IMG/VR virus record: IMGVR_UViG_3300034374_007566
Location: 1 to 59,914 of that record
Length of the DNA stretch: 59,914 bases
Reading direction: 5' to 3' (one strand)
DNA from: a virus
Lineage: Duplodnaviria > Caudoviricetes
The notes below the pieces were generated by a model. It saw nothing but the letters and a program-made list of their open reading frames with translations. It did no database searches and was not told the DNA's origin. Below are positions 9,387-19,181 of this stretch, piece after piece (the stretch's first letter is position 1; the number at the start of each line of letters is the position of its first letter). Position numbers and translations under genes: made by a program.

Positions 9387-10604
9387 CTACCTGCCGCGGT
9401 AATACTGTATGTATCGCGGGTCGGTGGCCTTAAGCGTCTCCGGCGATATCTCGTTACCTTCCCTGTCCAAGGTGCGAACCCGCCCGTCGCGGTAGGCCTG
9501 GGCCCGGGCCGAAGGCTTATTCTGGCTCTTCCACCATTCGTATTGGCTGGCGGGGATTGGCGTGCTTCCATTAACGTACATAATGCCCGCCGCTGCGGCC
9601 TGCGCCGGGGTGCCACGGAAGTTGCGTATTGCCGCCCAGGCGGCCGGGTCGTATTTCGGAGCATTGCCCTCACTGGCGGACTTTCGCCCACCACCGCGGA
9701 GGCGGCGAGCCGTCCGCTGCCTCAGGGCACGGCTCCCGGCAAGTTGCTGTCGCCGGATTTCCTGGGTCCGGCGTGCCTCCGCTTCCCTTTCTTCCTGCGT
9801 CGGGGGAGTGCTGTTCCTAACCACGGTTCGCCAGTGGTCCTCAGTAAGGGGACGGGTGCCACGGTACATTTCCCGGCTCTTTGCCAGGGTGCCGGCCGCC
9901 GGCCCGGAGAACGCCCCGCCAGAGTTGTGCTGCTGGAGATACTCTTCGTAACTGCCCGGCGCAGGGCCTGTCGGTTCGCTTGGCGGCTGGCTGGTCTCTG
10001 GCGGCCGGAAGCCCGGCTGGGCGTTGGGAAGCGGACCCAGCGAACCAGGCTGCGACTCGCCTTGCAGCCGGCGGATTAGGTCCGGGCTATTGTAAACATC
10101 GTTCCCCAGGGGGAGCCCCAGCCCACCTGGCGGCTGGGCCATTGGGTTGAAGTTGAACTGCGGTGCCCCAAGCACGCCGGGCTGCTGCCAGCTCTGCTGC
10201 TGCATCTGGCCAAGTTGACTGTTGACGTTGCTGATCAGCGAGTTACGCCAGTCGAAGTTAGGCTGGGATGTCGCCGCACCAAACGGGTTGCCCCAGGACT
10301 GCTGGAAGGGCGGGGGCCGCTGGTCAGGCGGTGCGTAGGCGAGATTGCCGTTCTGCCCGTATGGCGTGGAGTTCGCATACGGGCTCTGCTGGGGCTGGGC
10401 CATCCCAGGGCTATAAGCGGAATACGCACTAGGCTGCCGGTCGGACCCGCCCGTGTAGTAACCCTGCCACTGATTGGCGTTTGGCTTGCTGCCGTACAGC
10501 TCCTGGTTGGTCTTGCCAAGGGCATCCCAGGCCTGCTTGTATTCCTGCTGCGTCTTCCCGGTCTGGCTGCCGGGTTGCGTCATCCATCGCATGGGGCTGC
10601 TCAT
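9387..10604 (-). CDS. Low-complexity Q/P/G-rich late protein, probably internal virion
   Basis: 405-aa ORF; contains SPDLIRRL. Confidence 0.7.
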   Translation of the reverse strand: MSSPMRWMTQPGSQTGKTQQEYKQAWDALGKTNQELYGSKPNANQWQGYYTGGSDRQPSAYSAYSPGMAQPQQSPYANSTPYGQNGNLAYAPPDQRPPPFQQSWGNPFGAATSQPNFDWRNSLISNVNSQLGQMQQQSWQQPGVLGAPQFNFNPMAQPPGGLGLPLGNDVYNSPDLIRRLQGESQPGSLGPLPNAQPGFRPPETSQPPSEPTGPAPGSYEEYLQQHNSGGAFSGPAAGTLAKSREMYRGTRPLTEDHWRTVVRNSTPPTQEEREAEARRTQEIRRQQLAGSRALRQRTARRLRGGGRKSASEGNAPKYDPAAWAAIRNFRGTPAQAAAAGIMYVNGSTPIPASQYEWWKSQNKPSARAQAYRDGRVRTLDREGNEISPETLKATDPRYIQYYRGR

Positions 10605-10750
10605 TGCCGGTCCTCCTGCGGCTCAGAGATCATCGGCGGGGCGTACACCAGCATCCGGAGCTTCTCCATGTCCTCCATTGGCACTCCACGCCTCGCCTCA
10701 GCGATCAGCATCCGAAGGAACTCCAGGTTTTGGATTGCTGGACTGTCCAT
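10601..10750 (-). CDS. Small hypothetical protein (49 aa)
   Basis: MDSPAIQNLEFLRMLIAEARRGVPMEDMEKLRMLVYAPPMISEPQEDRQ; ATGA coupling to 9387..10604. Confidence 0.6.
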   Translation of the reverse strand: MDSPAIQNLEFLRMLIAEARRGVPMEDMEKLRMLVYAPPMISEPQEDRQ

Positions 10751-10752
10751 CT

Positions 10753-10793
10753 AAACGAAAGGCCTCTGACCCAGTTTCCCAGGTCAGAGGCCT
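10753..10793 (-). terminator. Rho-independent terminator after capsid/decoration genes
   Basis: AGGCCTCTGACC/GGTCAGAGGCCT 12-bp stem followed by TTCGTTT on the minus strand. Confidence 0.8.
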
Positions 10794-10818
10794 CCCCCTA
10801 GCCCCGTGAGAGGCATGC

Positions 10819-11373
10819 TCAGCTACGAACCAGGTTGACGATTGCCAGGACATCCTGGGCCGTGGTGCCGGCCGAGATGGCTCGGCCGATGTACCCAGCC
10901 TGGAGATAAGTGGAGGCTGCCGTCTGAGCCTGGCCGGCGGTGGTCGCCACATTGCTGGCGGCGGCCGTGAGGCTCGTCAGGACGGTGTCCGCCGCGGCCT
11001 CCTTGCCCGGACCAAGTTTGATCTCAGTCGGGCCCGACACGGTCAGCCAGAACACGTCGTTGTTGGCCACCCCAGCCGAGTTCAGATGCTCGTCCACCAC
11101 ACCAGCCGACGCAGTGTCGGTGGTGTTGTTGTAGCCATCGACCTCCGTGAAGGAGCCACTCTTCCAGGTGACCACCCGCTTGGGCAGGAGGGCCACGCCG
11201 GAGGTGTTCCGCACGGCAATGCAGGTCTTCAGCCGGTTGGACCGAATCGCACCCGTGGTGGGGTCCACGTCAGGGAACTGCTTGATGGCACCCACCCAGC
11301 CCGTGCCGTCAGAGGTTGACGACACGCCAAGGGTCTGGCCGAGCGCAAAGGGAGGATCATTCGTCAAAGACAT
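10819..11373 (-). CDS. Putative capsid decoration/cement protein
   Basis: 184 aa, A/T/G-rich, directly after the capsid gene; FWLTVSGP motif. Confidence 0.65.
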   Translation of the reverse strand: MSLTNDPPFALGQTLGVSSTSDGTGWVGAIKQFPDVDPTTGAIRSNRLKTCIAVRNTSGVALLPKRVVTWKSGSFTEVDGYNNTTDTASAGVVDEHLNSAGVANNDVFWLTVSGPTEIKLGPGKEAAADTVLTSLTAAASNVATTAGQAQTAASTYLQAGYIGRAISAGTTAQDVLAIVNLVRS

Positions 11374-11388
11374 CTAGTCAGCTCCTTG

Positions 11389-12495
11389 TCAGGCAAGTGC
11401 GGTCCACTTAATAAAGTTACGCGGGCTCTTAAACTTAAGGTTGCCGAGCGTTGAAACACAGTAGCGATAACTTTGGGTAACTTCGTCGTAGAAAGGCCCC
11501 TCAGAGTTAAACATCTGTCCCTCCATATTCAGGAGTTCGATGTTACCGATGGCCAGGCCGTAGGCCGTGTTGGCCGGGACCGCGTACTCCGTTCCCAGTT
11601 CCACGCCGTCAAGCTGCACGGTGTTGAAGCCGTAGCTCTTCAGGCTGTTCTCGCCGGAGACGATGACCCGCTCCTTGGAGTCCTGGGCGTTCAGGAAGTC
11701 GATGTACAACTTCCGATCCATGACCACCAAATCGACGGCGTCTTCCTTGGTGTCGTTCCGCTTGGCGAAGTGGAGGCCCTCACGGAGAGCCTTCACGCAG
11801 TTAGCCGACCAGGTGGTGTCACCAAAGTAGGACGAGGTGTAGTTAACAATCAGCGGCGAGTAGAAATCGAACTCGCTGTCGGCCTTGCCAGCCGGCCACA
11901 CGCCTTCCAACTGCGAACCGCCGTAGGCACCAAGCTGGGTGCTAAGGCCGGCGTAGGTGTCGGACGGGTAGCCAAACGGGTCGGCGGCGTTGGCCGTGCG
12001 GGCCTCGCCGGTCGCCACGTTGATCGTCTGCGTTCCGGCCAGGAAACTCTCCAGGCCGTGGTAACGCAGCTCGTTGCCCGCGGCCGATCCATCGATGTAA
12101 ACCTCCTGCGCGAGGTACTGTTCGATGGAGGTGAGCAGCCGGCTGCTCATCTTACCCGCCACGTTGACCAGGGCGCTGGTGCCCCGGTTCTCCAACAGCT
12201 CCTTGCGATAAATCGCATCGGTGGCCTGATAGCCGCGGTACTCCAGCTCCGCCTTCTTCCACAGGTTCTGCCGGCTGAAGGACCGGGGAGTCTCGCCGTT
12301 ATTCCCCTGCGGCTGATGCAGGCGGTAAGACACCTCCCAGTCGAAGCCACGGCCTGCCATGTTCATCCGGATGTTGCCCCGGCTTTCGATGGCAGCGAAG
12401 ACCATGTACTTCCGCAGGGAAGCGATCTCTTCCTCACGCAGGTGGTTAACCAGCGTAGTTGCGATACTTCGGGCAAAATCAGTGGTGCTGGCCAT
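11389..12495 (-). CDS. Major capsid protein
   Basis: 368 aa after scaffold, strong RBS; YIDG...GLESF pattern typical of HK97-fold podovirus capsids. Confidence 0.85.
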   Translation of the reverse strand: MASTTDFARSIATTLVNHLREEEIASLRKYMVFAAIESRGNIRMNMAGRGFDWEVSYRLHQPQGNNGETPRSFSRQNLWKKAELEYRGYQATDAIYRKELLENRGTSALVNVAGKMSSRLLTSIEQYLAQEVYIDGSAAGNELRYHGLESFLAGTQTINVATGEARTANAADPFGYPSDTYAGLSTQLGAYGGSQLEGVWPAGKADSEFDFYSPLIVNYTSSYFGDTTWSANCVKALREGLHFAKRNDTKEDAVDLVVMDRKLYIDFLNAQDSKERVIVSGENSLKSYGFNTVQLDGVELGTEYAVPANTAYGLAIGNIELLNMEGQMFNSEGPFYDEVTQSYRYCVSTLGNLKFKSPRNFIKWTALA

Positions 12496-12503
12496 TTTAA
12501 CTC

Positions 12504-13478
12504 CTAGATCAAGCCGTCCTTAACGAGTTGGGACTTAAGGCGTTCTTCCAAGGTCTGCTTGGGCTTTGGTGCCCTGGGCTCCGTTGCCCCACCGCTCCTG
12601 TTGGGCGTGCGGGTGGCACGCTCACGCAGGAACTGCATGTTCGATTGTTCGACCGGCGACTCTTGCGGCGGCGGGGGCGGCGGTGCCTGCTGCATCTGCT
12701 GGTATCGCAGGTTCAGCAGGTCGCGCTCCAACATGCTCGTCGCATACTGCCAACGGCCTTCTGGTGTGTTGATTCCGGACTGGGCGGCCTGGGCGATGTA
12801 CTGCTGAATCGCCTGGCCCTCCGGGGTGATCTGTCCTTGCTGGTCGTAGAGCCAGTCAGCGTTCTGCTGCTCTAGGCTCTGGACGTAGTTTTGTGCGGTG
12901 TACTGGCCGAGTTGCTGCTGGACAAGCTCCTGGGCCTTCTGCATCGCCACCTGTTCGACAAATGGCTTCAGGGTGCTTTCGGGGTCCGTGACCAGCTTCT
13001 TGGCGAAGTTGGTGGTGTAGGCCTGGTAGTTCTGAAGGGCGGCCTTGGCCTCCAGCGGTGCGCTTGGGTCTACAACCTCTCGGCCCGTCTCTGGGTCCCG
13101 GATGATGTACTGCTTCCAGGTGTCTTCAACCTTGGGAGGGTTCCACCACCTAGGCTGCTCTTCGGTCTTGGGCTGCTGCTGGGACTGGAGCCACTCCTGG
13201 TACTTCTGCTTGTTACTGGCGTACTCCATCGCCACCGGCATGACATCTTGGTACTGGCGAAGCTGCTGCTGAGCTTCCCGGTAACCCTGCATGGACGCAT
13301 AGAGCGTCTGGGCGATGGCCACATCGTCTGCACCACGGAACTCAGGAAGTTCCTTGAAAGCGTCGTAAACGCTTCCTTGGGGTGCTGGCTGATTGTCAAA
13401 GGACTGCTGAGGAGGAGCTTCAGGAACTGGGGCTCCCGCTACTTCGGGAGCTTCTACCTGCGGTGCTTCTTCGCTCAT
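12504..13478 (-). CDS. Scaffolding protein
   Basis: Q/E-rich helical protein directly upstream of the capsid gene. Confidence 0.75.
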   Translation of the reverse strand: MSEEAPQVEAPEVAGAPVPEAPPQQSFDNQPAPQGSVYDAFKELPEFRGADDVAIAQTLYASMQGYREAQQQLRQYQDVMPVAMEYASNKQKYQEWLQSQQQPKTEEQPRWWNPPKVEDTWKQYIIRDPETGREVVDPSAPLEAKAALQNYQAYTTNFAKKLVTDPESTLKPFVEQVAMQKAQELVQQQLGQYTAQNYVQSLEQQNADWLYDQQGQITPEGQAIQQYIAQAAQSGINTPEGRWQYATSMLERDLLNLRYQQMQQAPPPPPPQESPVEQSNMQFLRERATRTPNRSGGATEPRAPKPKQTLEERLKSQLVKDGLI

Positions 13479-13550
13479 GGTTTTCCTTTCCGGTAGCTAG
13501 GGGGTGTATGTGTGTAGATTGCCCCTTAGCCCAGATTCGTAAACCGATTT

Positions 13551-14801
13551 TTAGCGCACGGCCGGCATGAGCTGTTCGATGAGCGGGTCAACAGCCAATC
13601 GATTCATCGTCTTGTCCGGGTACGCCATGACTGGAAGTGCGGCTCCTTCCATCATCGCCGCACCGACACCCACGTCCGTACCAAGAGCAGCGGCCGTCGC
13701 TTCCGCAGTCCGTGACGCACCCGACCTGCCGAAAGTCCCCGTCCATCCACGGTGCCTGGCTATATTCATCTGCCGAAGGGCCCGCGTGAACGGGTTTGTT
13801 CCGCCGTGCAAGGCAGACTTCGTTACAGCGGAGCGAACTCCACCAAAGGCCGGGATGTTGTCCGTGAGGGAGCCCGCCACTATCGCCGTTGGGTAACGCA
13901 GCCATTCAACCCCGTCGAACACATCCGGGGCCTCATTAACATAGGTGAACATGTCGCCGGACATGTTTTGCTTGCTTGGCATGTACGGCATCACGGACCC
14001 GTCTTCGTACCGCCTTAGAGCCTCCTGGTAGGCGCGGTCGGCCAGCGAGGTCGAACTGCCGTCCGCGGACGGGTCCACCATGTCCATGGCACCCGTCAGA
14101 CCGCCCAGGAGCAACGTATCCAGGGCGTTGCCAGTCTGCGTTGCGATCTCTTGGCGGTTGTCATACGCATAGTTGGGCAGGCCAAGATCATTAAGCACAC
14201 GCCCGCCAACCAACTGGCCGTAACCGCCAAACGTGCCGCCAATAGAACTGAGCCAGTTAAACGCCTTCCCGGCCGGGGACCAGGGCGGCAGCATCTCCTG
14301 CCGGTACGGCTTGATCTCCGTGTCCGCGTTCCGGATCATCGTCATCGGCACCGTAGTGCCATCCGGCAGCGTGATGGCGTCCTGGAACGCCTGCTTGGTG
14401 GCGGCGTCAGAGTCTTTGATCTCTCCGGCCACCGCCTGCAAACCCCGGAGCAGCCCCGACCGTTGATTTGCTAACTCCCAGTCTTTCTGGGTGCGGACTG
14501 TCTTGGGGGCGTAGAGGTACGACATTGACAGCGGACGGGCGTCCGGAAGCAGGACGCCACGCTCGTCAAACATCGGCGGAGCGACTCGCTTGCCCTGGCC
14601 GGCAAGCCTGGCCTCACGGGGGAAGGGGTGCGGGGGCACAGACTGCATGCCAGCCTGCTGGATGCGGGCGATCATCTCGTCACGGAGACGAAGACGCTTC
14701 TCCGTTTCCTGCTTGGCGTAGCTACGGGCATAAGCCAGACGCTCCGCCTCCTCGGCCTCCTTGGCACGGATGCGTGCCGCTTCTTCGGCCAGGCTTGCCA
14801 C
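13551..14801 (-). CDS. Hypothetical virion/internal protein
   Basis: 416-aa ORF, GTG start. Confidence 0.65.
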   Translation of the reverse strand: MASLAEEAARIRAKEAEEAERLAYARSYAKQETEKRLRLRDEMIARIQQAGMQSVPPHPFPREARLAGQGKRVAPPMFDERGVLLPDARPLSMSYLYAPKTVRTQKDWELANQRSGLLRGLQAVAGEIKDSDAATKQAFQDAITLPDGTTVPMTMIRNADTEIKPYRQEMLPPWSPAGKAFNWLSSIGGTFGGYGQLVGGRVLNDLGLPNYAYDNRQEIATQTGNALDTLLLGGLTGAMDMVDPSADGSSTSLADRAYQEALRRYEDGSVMPYMPSKQNMSGDMFTYVNEAPDVFDGVEWLRYPTAIVAGSLTDNIPAFGGVRSAVTKSALHGGTNPFTRALRQMNIARHRGWTGTFGRSGASRTAEATAAALGTDVGVGAAMMEGAALPVMAYPDKTMNRLAVDPLIEQLMPAVR

Positions 14802-14814
14802 GGCTCACCCCTGG

Positions 14815-15147
14815 TTACTTGCCGTATGAGGGGGCGTAGGTCATTTCCTGGCTGCTATTGCCCGTGGCCAGTTGCTGCGGAGCCAAGCGGATCGTTCCGG
14901 GCCCCATGCCGGAAGCGAGCCGCTGCTGCTCCAACTGATCCATCAACTGGCGGATACGCATCTCCGCCGGCTGGGACTGGAAGGCAGCAAGCTCCAGGCC
15001 CTTTAGCGTGGCCGCATCCTTTGCGAACGTGCGGGGATCATTGGAATAAGGATCGATTGGGTTGTTGAAGTTCAGGCGACCGGCAGCGTCATAGCCAACG
15101 CCGCGGCCCGCAATGAACCGATTGTAGTTGTCTACTGCACTCATCAC
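14815..15147 (-). CDS. Hypothetical late protein (PAEMRIRQL)
   Basis: 110-aa ORF coupled to 15144..15476. Confidence 0.65.
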   Translation of the reverse strand: MMSAVDNYNRFIAGRGVGYDAAGRLNFNNPIDPYSNDPRTFAKDAATLKGLELAAFQSQPAEMRIRQLMDQLEQQRLASGMGPGTIRLAPQQLATGNSSQEMTYAPSYGK

Positions 15148-15476
15148 ATTCCCCGGGCTTGGCGGATTCGTTCAATCATGGCAGCGATCTGCCCTTCAGT
15201 GAGGGCTGGTGTTTCCTGTCGCTGAGCGTGGGGCATGCCGAAGGCCCGCTGGTGGTATTGCAGGGCCCGCTCTTGGCGAAGCCGCCGCATGTCCTCTTCG
15301 GGCGAGGGCGGAGCGTTTGCAATCGGGCCACCCTGGGCCATGGCGGGATTCCACCGCTGCATGTCCGCAGGCGTGGCCATGGTGGAAGGGCCAGCCTGGA
15401 ACTGCGGGGGCATCATGTGGCCGCCAGGAGGAAGCTGGAAGTTCGTCATCCCAGGGGCTTGCATCGTTGCGTTCAT
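15144..15476 (-). CDS. Hypothetical Q/P/M-rich late protein (SPEEDMRRL)
   Basis: 110-aa ORF with AGGAG RBS. Confidence 0.7.
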   Translation of the reverse strand: MNATMQAPGMTNFQLPPGGHMMPPQFQAGPSTMATPADMQRWNPAMAQGGPIANAPPSPEEDMRRLRQERALQYHQRAFGMPHAQRQETPALTEGQIAAMIERIRQARGM

Positions 15477-15484
15477 GGCGTCTC

Positions 15485-15886
15485 CTAGTTCTTATTGCCC
15501 TTCTTCCGGGCACGGCGGATCGCAAGTTTGATAAGTAGCCTGCCGACCACGGAAACGTAAGGGAACTTTCGCTTCTTAGCCTCTTCAGCTAGCCAACGGT
15601 CGATGTCTTCGATGTGCTGCTCGCACCACGCGCAGCCGTTCTTGTCCATCGCCGCCGCCCGCTTATTGCAGGCGCAGTTTGGTTTGGCCATGATGCCGAA
15701 AGACTTCAGGAGCGCCTTCAGCTCCGTTCCTGGCCCGCCGACAACAGGCGGCGGCTTCGGGCGGCAGTGCGCGCGGAGGCCTGGCCTGCGGGTCGCCACG
15801 CGGCGACCACAGTGACGGCACACCGCCACGCCTCGGCCGTAGACGAAATCACACTCCTTGGACATCGATCTGAGCAGATGTTCCAT
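15485..15886 (-). CDS. Cys-rich hypothetical protein
   Basis: CRHC, GPGTELKALL..CAC..RA..MD..GCAWC. Confidence 0.75.
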   Translation of the reverse strand: MEHLLRSMSKECDFVYGRGVAVCRHCGRRVATRRPGLRAHCRPKPPPVVGGPGTELKALLKSFGIMAKPNCACNKRAAAMDKNGCAWCEQHIEDIDRWLAEEAKKRKFPYVSVVGRLLIKLAIRRARKKGNKN

Positions 15887-16538
15887 CGCCGTCTCCGCCG
15901 TATGAAGTGACAGTCCCGTTGTAGTCGCTGCACGGATACACCGCCCAGCCGCAGGCCGTGTTGGTGGCCGACTCTGCTGACGGCGTGAGAGTCATGAAGG
16001 CCGAAAGCGCACCAAACTTGTAAACACTTATTGACGCAGATCGGACAGACGCCACGCCCACAAAAACAACAACTGAGTAGTCGCCGGAGTCGAAGTTCGC
16101 CGTACCCGAGCCCGTGCATCCCAGGTCCACCAGATACCCGCCCGTGAAGTTAATCAAAGACTCTACGTCGCTGTCGTATGTGGCATCCCCGGTAGACATC
16201 GTATAGCCGCTCCCGGTGACCCGGGCACTAGACGTGCCTCCGCCAGAGCAGTCTGGCACGGGGTCCGACACTGCGTCCGCCACGGGGTCGCACTCCGTTC
16301 CGCAGGCGGTGGAGTTGTATCCCCTCACGCACTGATAGACGACGCACCCATCGTCATTTGTTACGGGTTCACAGCAACCAGACGTGCAATCGAAGTCCGC
16401 ACAGTCGGTTCCTGAGCCCTTGTACACACCGCCCAGCGTGGCACAGTCCGCTGCTGTCTCCTGGGTGCAAACGTAGGAGCCGGCCGACAGATGGCAGCAC
16501 GCCCCCTTGCAACAGCCGCACGGGTCCGTGTAGGACAT
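15849..16538 (-). CDS. Cys-rich GACC-motif protein, probably virion-exposed
   Basis: PCGCCKGACC...C...C...GG.YKG.GT.C repeat unit. Confidence 0.75.
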   Translation of the reverse strand: MSYTDPCGCCKGACCHLSAGSYVCTQETAADCATLGGVYKGSGTDCADFDCTSGCCEPVTNDDGCVVYQCVRGYNSTACGTECDPVADAVSDPVPDCSGGGTSSARVTGSGYTMSTGDATYDSDVESLINFTGGYLVDLGCTGSGTANFDSGDYSVVVFVGVASVRSASISVYKFGALSAFMTLTPSAESATNTACGWAVYPCSDYNGTVTSYGGDGDGTSAQIDVQGV

Positions 16539-16539
16539 G

Positions 16540-16836
16540 TCACCACGCCAGGAAAGCGAGAAGAACCCACTTCACGCGGTCAGCCCAGTACGCCGCGGAC
16601 ATCTTGCCCTTGGCGATGTTCTTAGCGTGGCGGGCCTTGAAGGACTCTCGCCGCTTGCGGTAGGACTCCGACTCGCCGTCCTTCCTGGGGGAACCAGAGA
16701 CTCCCTGCTGCCCGAAGCGGATGATCTTCTCCTGGCCGCCGGCACAGGCCTTAACAACGTGGGACTTGGTGTCATGGCCAGGTGTCCGCTTGGGAGAGTT
16801 GCAGGCCAGGCGGCGGATGTTGTCTTCACTTCCCAC
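16540..16836 (-). CDS. Small basic phage protein (IRFGQQG / SFKARH / SAAYWA family)
   Basis: Motifs KIIRFGQQG, RRESFKARH, SAAYWAD; likely GTG start at 16836 giving MGSEDNIRRL. Confidence 0.75.
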   Translation of the reverse strand: MGSEDNIRRLACNSPKRTPGHDTKSHVVKACAGGQEKIIRFGQQGVSGSPRKDGESESYRKRRESFKARHAKNIAKGKMSAAYWADRVKWVLLAFLAW

Positions 16837-16972
16837 TGAGCTTCTTCCATTGCTTGGAGTCTGGGTAGTCCTTGTCGCCAGGCTTGGCGGGCTTCTCGCC
16901 TCGCTCACGCTTGGCCCGGATGTTGTGCCACAGGCCCCGCTTCAGTTGGCGGATGTTGTTCTCGCTGCTCAT
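16826..16972 (-). CDS. Small basic protein (GLWHNIRAKR family)
   Basis: MSSENNIRQLKRGLWHNIRAKRERGEKPAKPG... Confidence 0.7.
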   Translation of the reverse strand: MSSENNIRQLKRGLWHNIRAKRERGEKPAKPGDKDYPDSKQWKKLSGK

Positions 16973-17045
16973 ACGGGGTAGCCGTCCATCTCTATTGGTC
17001 CCCAGGTGTCCCCGTCCCACCAAATCCACATAAGGTCAAAGGGCA

Positions 17046-17342
17046 TCAGTCCAAGCCCACGGGGCCACTCTTCTTAGGACGGCGTTCTTTCTTCATGTAC
17101 TGATTGGGCTTGGAGTTACGATACGGCATCAGGCGTGGTCCGCCGTAATAGCCATTCCGCTGGTAGTCTTCCAGTTGCTGGAACTCCTCCGCCATGGCGG
17201 CCTGGCCCATCTCTTTGGCGAACGCCTGATATTCCGGCGACTGCGCTTGGCTGTACGCCTGCGACCGCTGCTGGGAGTCCAGTTGGCCTCGCAGCATGGC
17301 GTTCTCTTCCAACAACATTCGGATGCGTTCTTCAGGGCTCAT
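17046..17342 (-). CDS. Hypothetical late protein (MSPEERIRML)
   Basis: 98 aa, AAGGAG RBS. Confidence 0.75.
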   Translation of the reverse strand: MSPEERIRMLLEENAMLRGQLDSQQRSQAYSQAQSPEYQAFAKEMGQAAMAEEFQQLEDYQRNGYYGGPRLMPYRNSKPNQYMKKERRPKKSGPVGLD

Positions 17343-18115
17343 CGGTTGTCTCCTTGGTAGTTATTGCCCGCCGCCACACCAGCGCCGATCAATGCACGCC
17401 TCAGGTAAGGAATCGCCTCATTGCGCAGCGAGCGGGAGTTCAGGACTCCTTCTGCGGTGATGCGTTCCCGGAGATTCCCAGCCTCACGGGCCTTTTCCAG
17501 GAGCCGGGCTGCATCCTCTGCGGTGTTGATCGGCCCCGCACCAGGTAGCAACCCGCCCAGGGTCGCCCTGATCTCCTCAGGCAAAGAGAGGTACTCCATG
17601 TACTGCTCGGCCTTCCTGGGCGACATGTCCGCCCACAGGGGAGGGGAGTTAGCAGGAGCTTGCAGGCGGCGAGCTACCCCTTTGCCGTAAAGGCGGTCCA
17701 GGGCGTGGCGGGACTCTTCAACCAGAGCCAATGGGTTGTTGCCTACCTGAATCGCAGAGCGGCCCCGGCTGTCCAGGCGGAACCGTCCCTCTGCCCCACG
17801 GCCAACTCCAGGCCGGTCGTAGTAGTACAGCGGAATCTCATGGCCGGAGACGCCGTAGTAGTCATTCGTCCGGTAGCGGGCGTCGTCTAGGAACTGAATA
17901 GGGTCGTCTGCCTGCTTGGCCTTGGCCCGTGCCAGGAACTCCGCTGCCTCGTCGCCGTACTGGGCCATGACCACCTTCAGCGGGTCCACTGCCAGAACGC
18001 GGTCGTAGTTCCGCTGGGACTTGGGAATCTCGGCCGAGCGGCGGGCCACAAACTCGCCGGCCTCGCCAACTAGCTCACGGACGGCATTGGCGTATGCGTC
18101 GGCTAGGCGGCTCAT
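17339..18115 (-). CDS. Zincin-like metallopeptidase-fold protein (EExxH variant)
   Basis: ALVEESRHALD followed by YLSLPEEIRA, the layout of polyvalent-protein MPTase domains. Confidence 0.5.
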   Translation of the reverse strand: MSRLADAYANAVRELVGEAGEFVARRSAEIPKSQRNYDRVLAVDPLKVVMAQYGDEAAEFLARAKAKQADDPIQFLDDARYRTNDYYGVSGHEIPLYYYDRPGVGRGAEGRFRLDSRGRSAIQVGNNPLALVEESRHALDRLYGKGVARRLQAPANSPPLWADMSPRKAEQYMEYLSLPEEIRATLGGLLPGAGPINTAEDAARLLEKAREAGNLRERITAEGVLNSRSLRNEAIPYLRRALIGAGVAAGNNYQGDNR

Positions 18116-19176
18116 GCCATTCCCTCGGCCCAGCTATCGTTTCGATACATGTACTGCCGGCCGCGGATCACGTCGTCCAGGACCTTCTCTGGCGGCTCGC
18201 CAAGTTGCTTCGCCCGTTGCTTTAGGCGATTCTCCAGGCCATGGAGGAAAGACGGGTAGTCCAGACTCCTCATGGCCGGCGAGCGGGCACCCCGCATCAT
18301 CCAGATTGCCGGCTGTGCCTGGCTGATCGGCACATCGCCCGCCGCTTGCAGGATGGCCTGACGGGCCGGCGAGTAGGCCCGGGATTCAAACGGCAGGCCA
18401 AGCCAGCGGTGCATCCAGCTATCCATGGCGGCTGCGTCCGGATCGCCAAGTTTCTGGTTGTAATAGTCGCCCAGCTTATACCTAGCACCGGCCCCTTCAT
18501 CGCCAGGGAACTGCAAGCGACCCTGGAGGTATTGGTTGGCCTTGTACAAATCCTGCCCCTGGGCGAAGCCTCCATAGCCCTGCGGGATCAGCCCTTCTTC
18601 ACGGGCCCGGCGTATCCGTTCGACAGCCTCATCGTAACTGGCCGCCTCTGGCAGTAGTCCTTGCTTGTGGAGGTTGTAGAGCAGCGAACCCTTCTTAATC
18701 TCCTGCTGGACGGGCGAGGCATTGCTAGATGCCGATGTCAGCCCCATGAAGCGGCGAAACTCCCGGTCGCCCCTATCTCTACCAAGCACAGAGCGGAATC
18801 GTTCCTGGAGCGGTCCCGTGAAGTACCACTGCCCATAGCCCGCCTCCAGGCCACGCCGCATGTCTTCTTGGAGAGACGGCATCACCGCATCTATCGCTTC
18901 GATCTCATCTTCATAGACCATGCCCGGCCGGCGAACCCTGGAACGGACCGGCATGTCAACTGCCGGATACAACTCACTGCCCATGACCTCTAGGGGCCGC
19001 ATTGGGGGAAGCGGGCGGGCGGTTTCCGATAGTTCCAGTGGAACGGCCCTGTTTGCTCTGGCCGGGCGAACCACTGCACCGGCAGGCGGAACATAAGCTC
19101 CCGGCCTAGACTGCGATGCCACCCTATCCAGGACGGCATCGGTCAACTTCCTGGCGATACGGTCGGCTGTGCCCAT
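18112..19176 (-). CDS. HhH-GPD/DNA-glycosylase-like protein
   Basis: QWY...SASS..SPV...K..DY.....GD..AMDSWMHR..Y.....I..AA....SQAQPAIW spacing matches phage EndoIII-like domains. Confidence 0.55.
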   Translation of the reverse strand: MGTADRIARKLTDAVLDRVASQSRPGAYVPPAGAVVRPARANRAVPLELSETARPLPPMRPLEVMGSELYPAVDMPVRSRVRRPGMVYEDEIEAIDAVMPSLQEDMRRGLEAGYGQWYFTGPLQERFRSVLGRDRGDREFRRFMGLTSASSNASPVQQEIKKGSLLYNLHKQGLLPEAASYDEAVERIRRAREEGLIPQGYGGFAQGQDLYKANQYLQGRLQFPGDEGAGARYKLGDYYNQKLGDPDAAAMDSWMHRWLGLPFESRAYSPARQAILQAAGDVPISQAQPAIWMMRGARSPAMRSLDYPSFLHGLENRLKQRAKQLGEPPEKVLDDVIRGRQYMYRNDSWAEGMA

Positions 19177-19181
19177 ACAGG

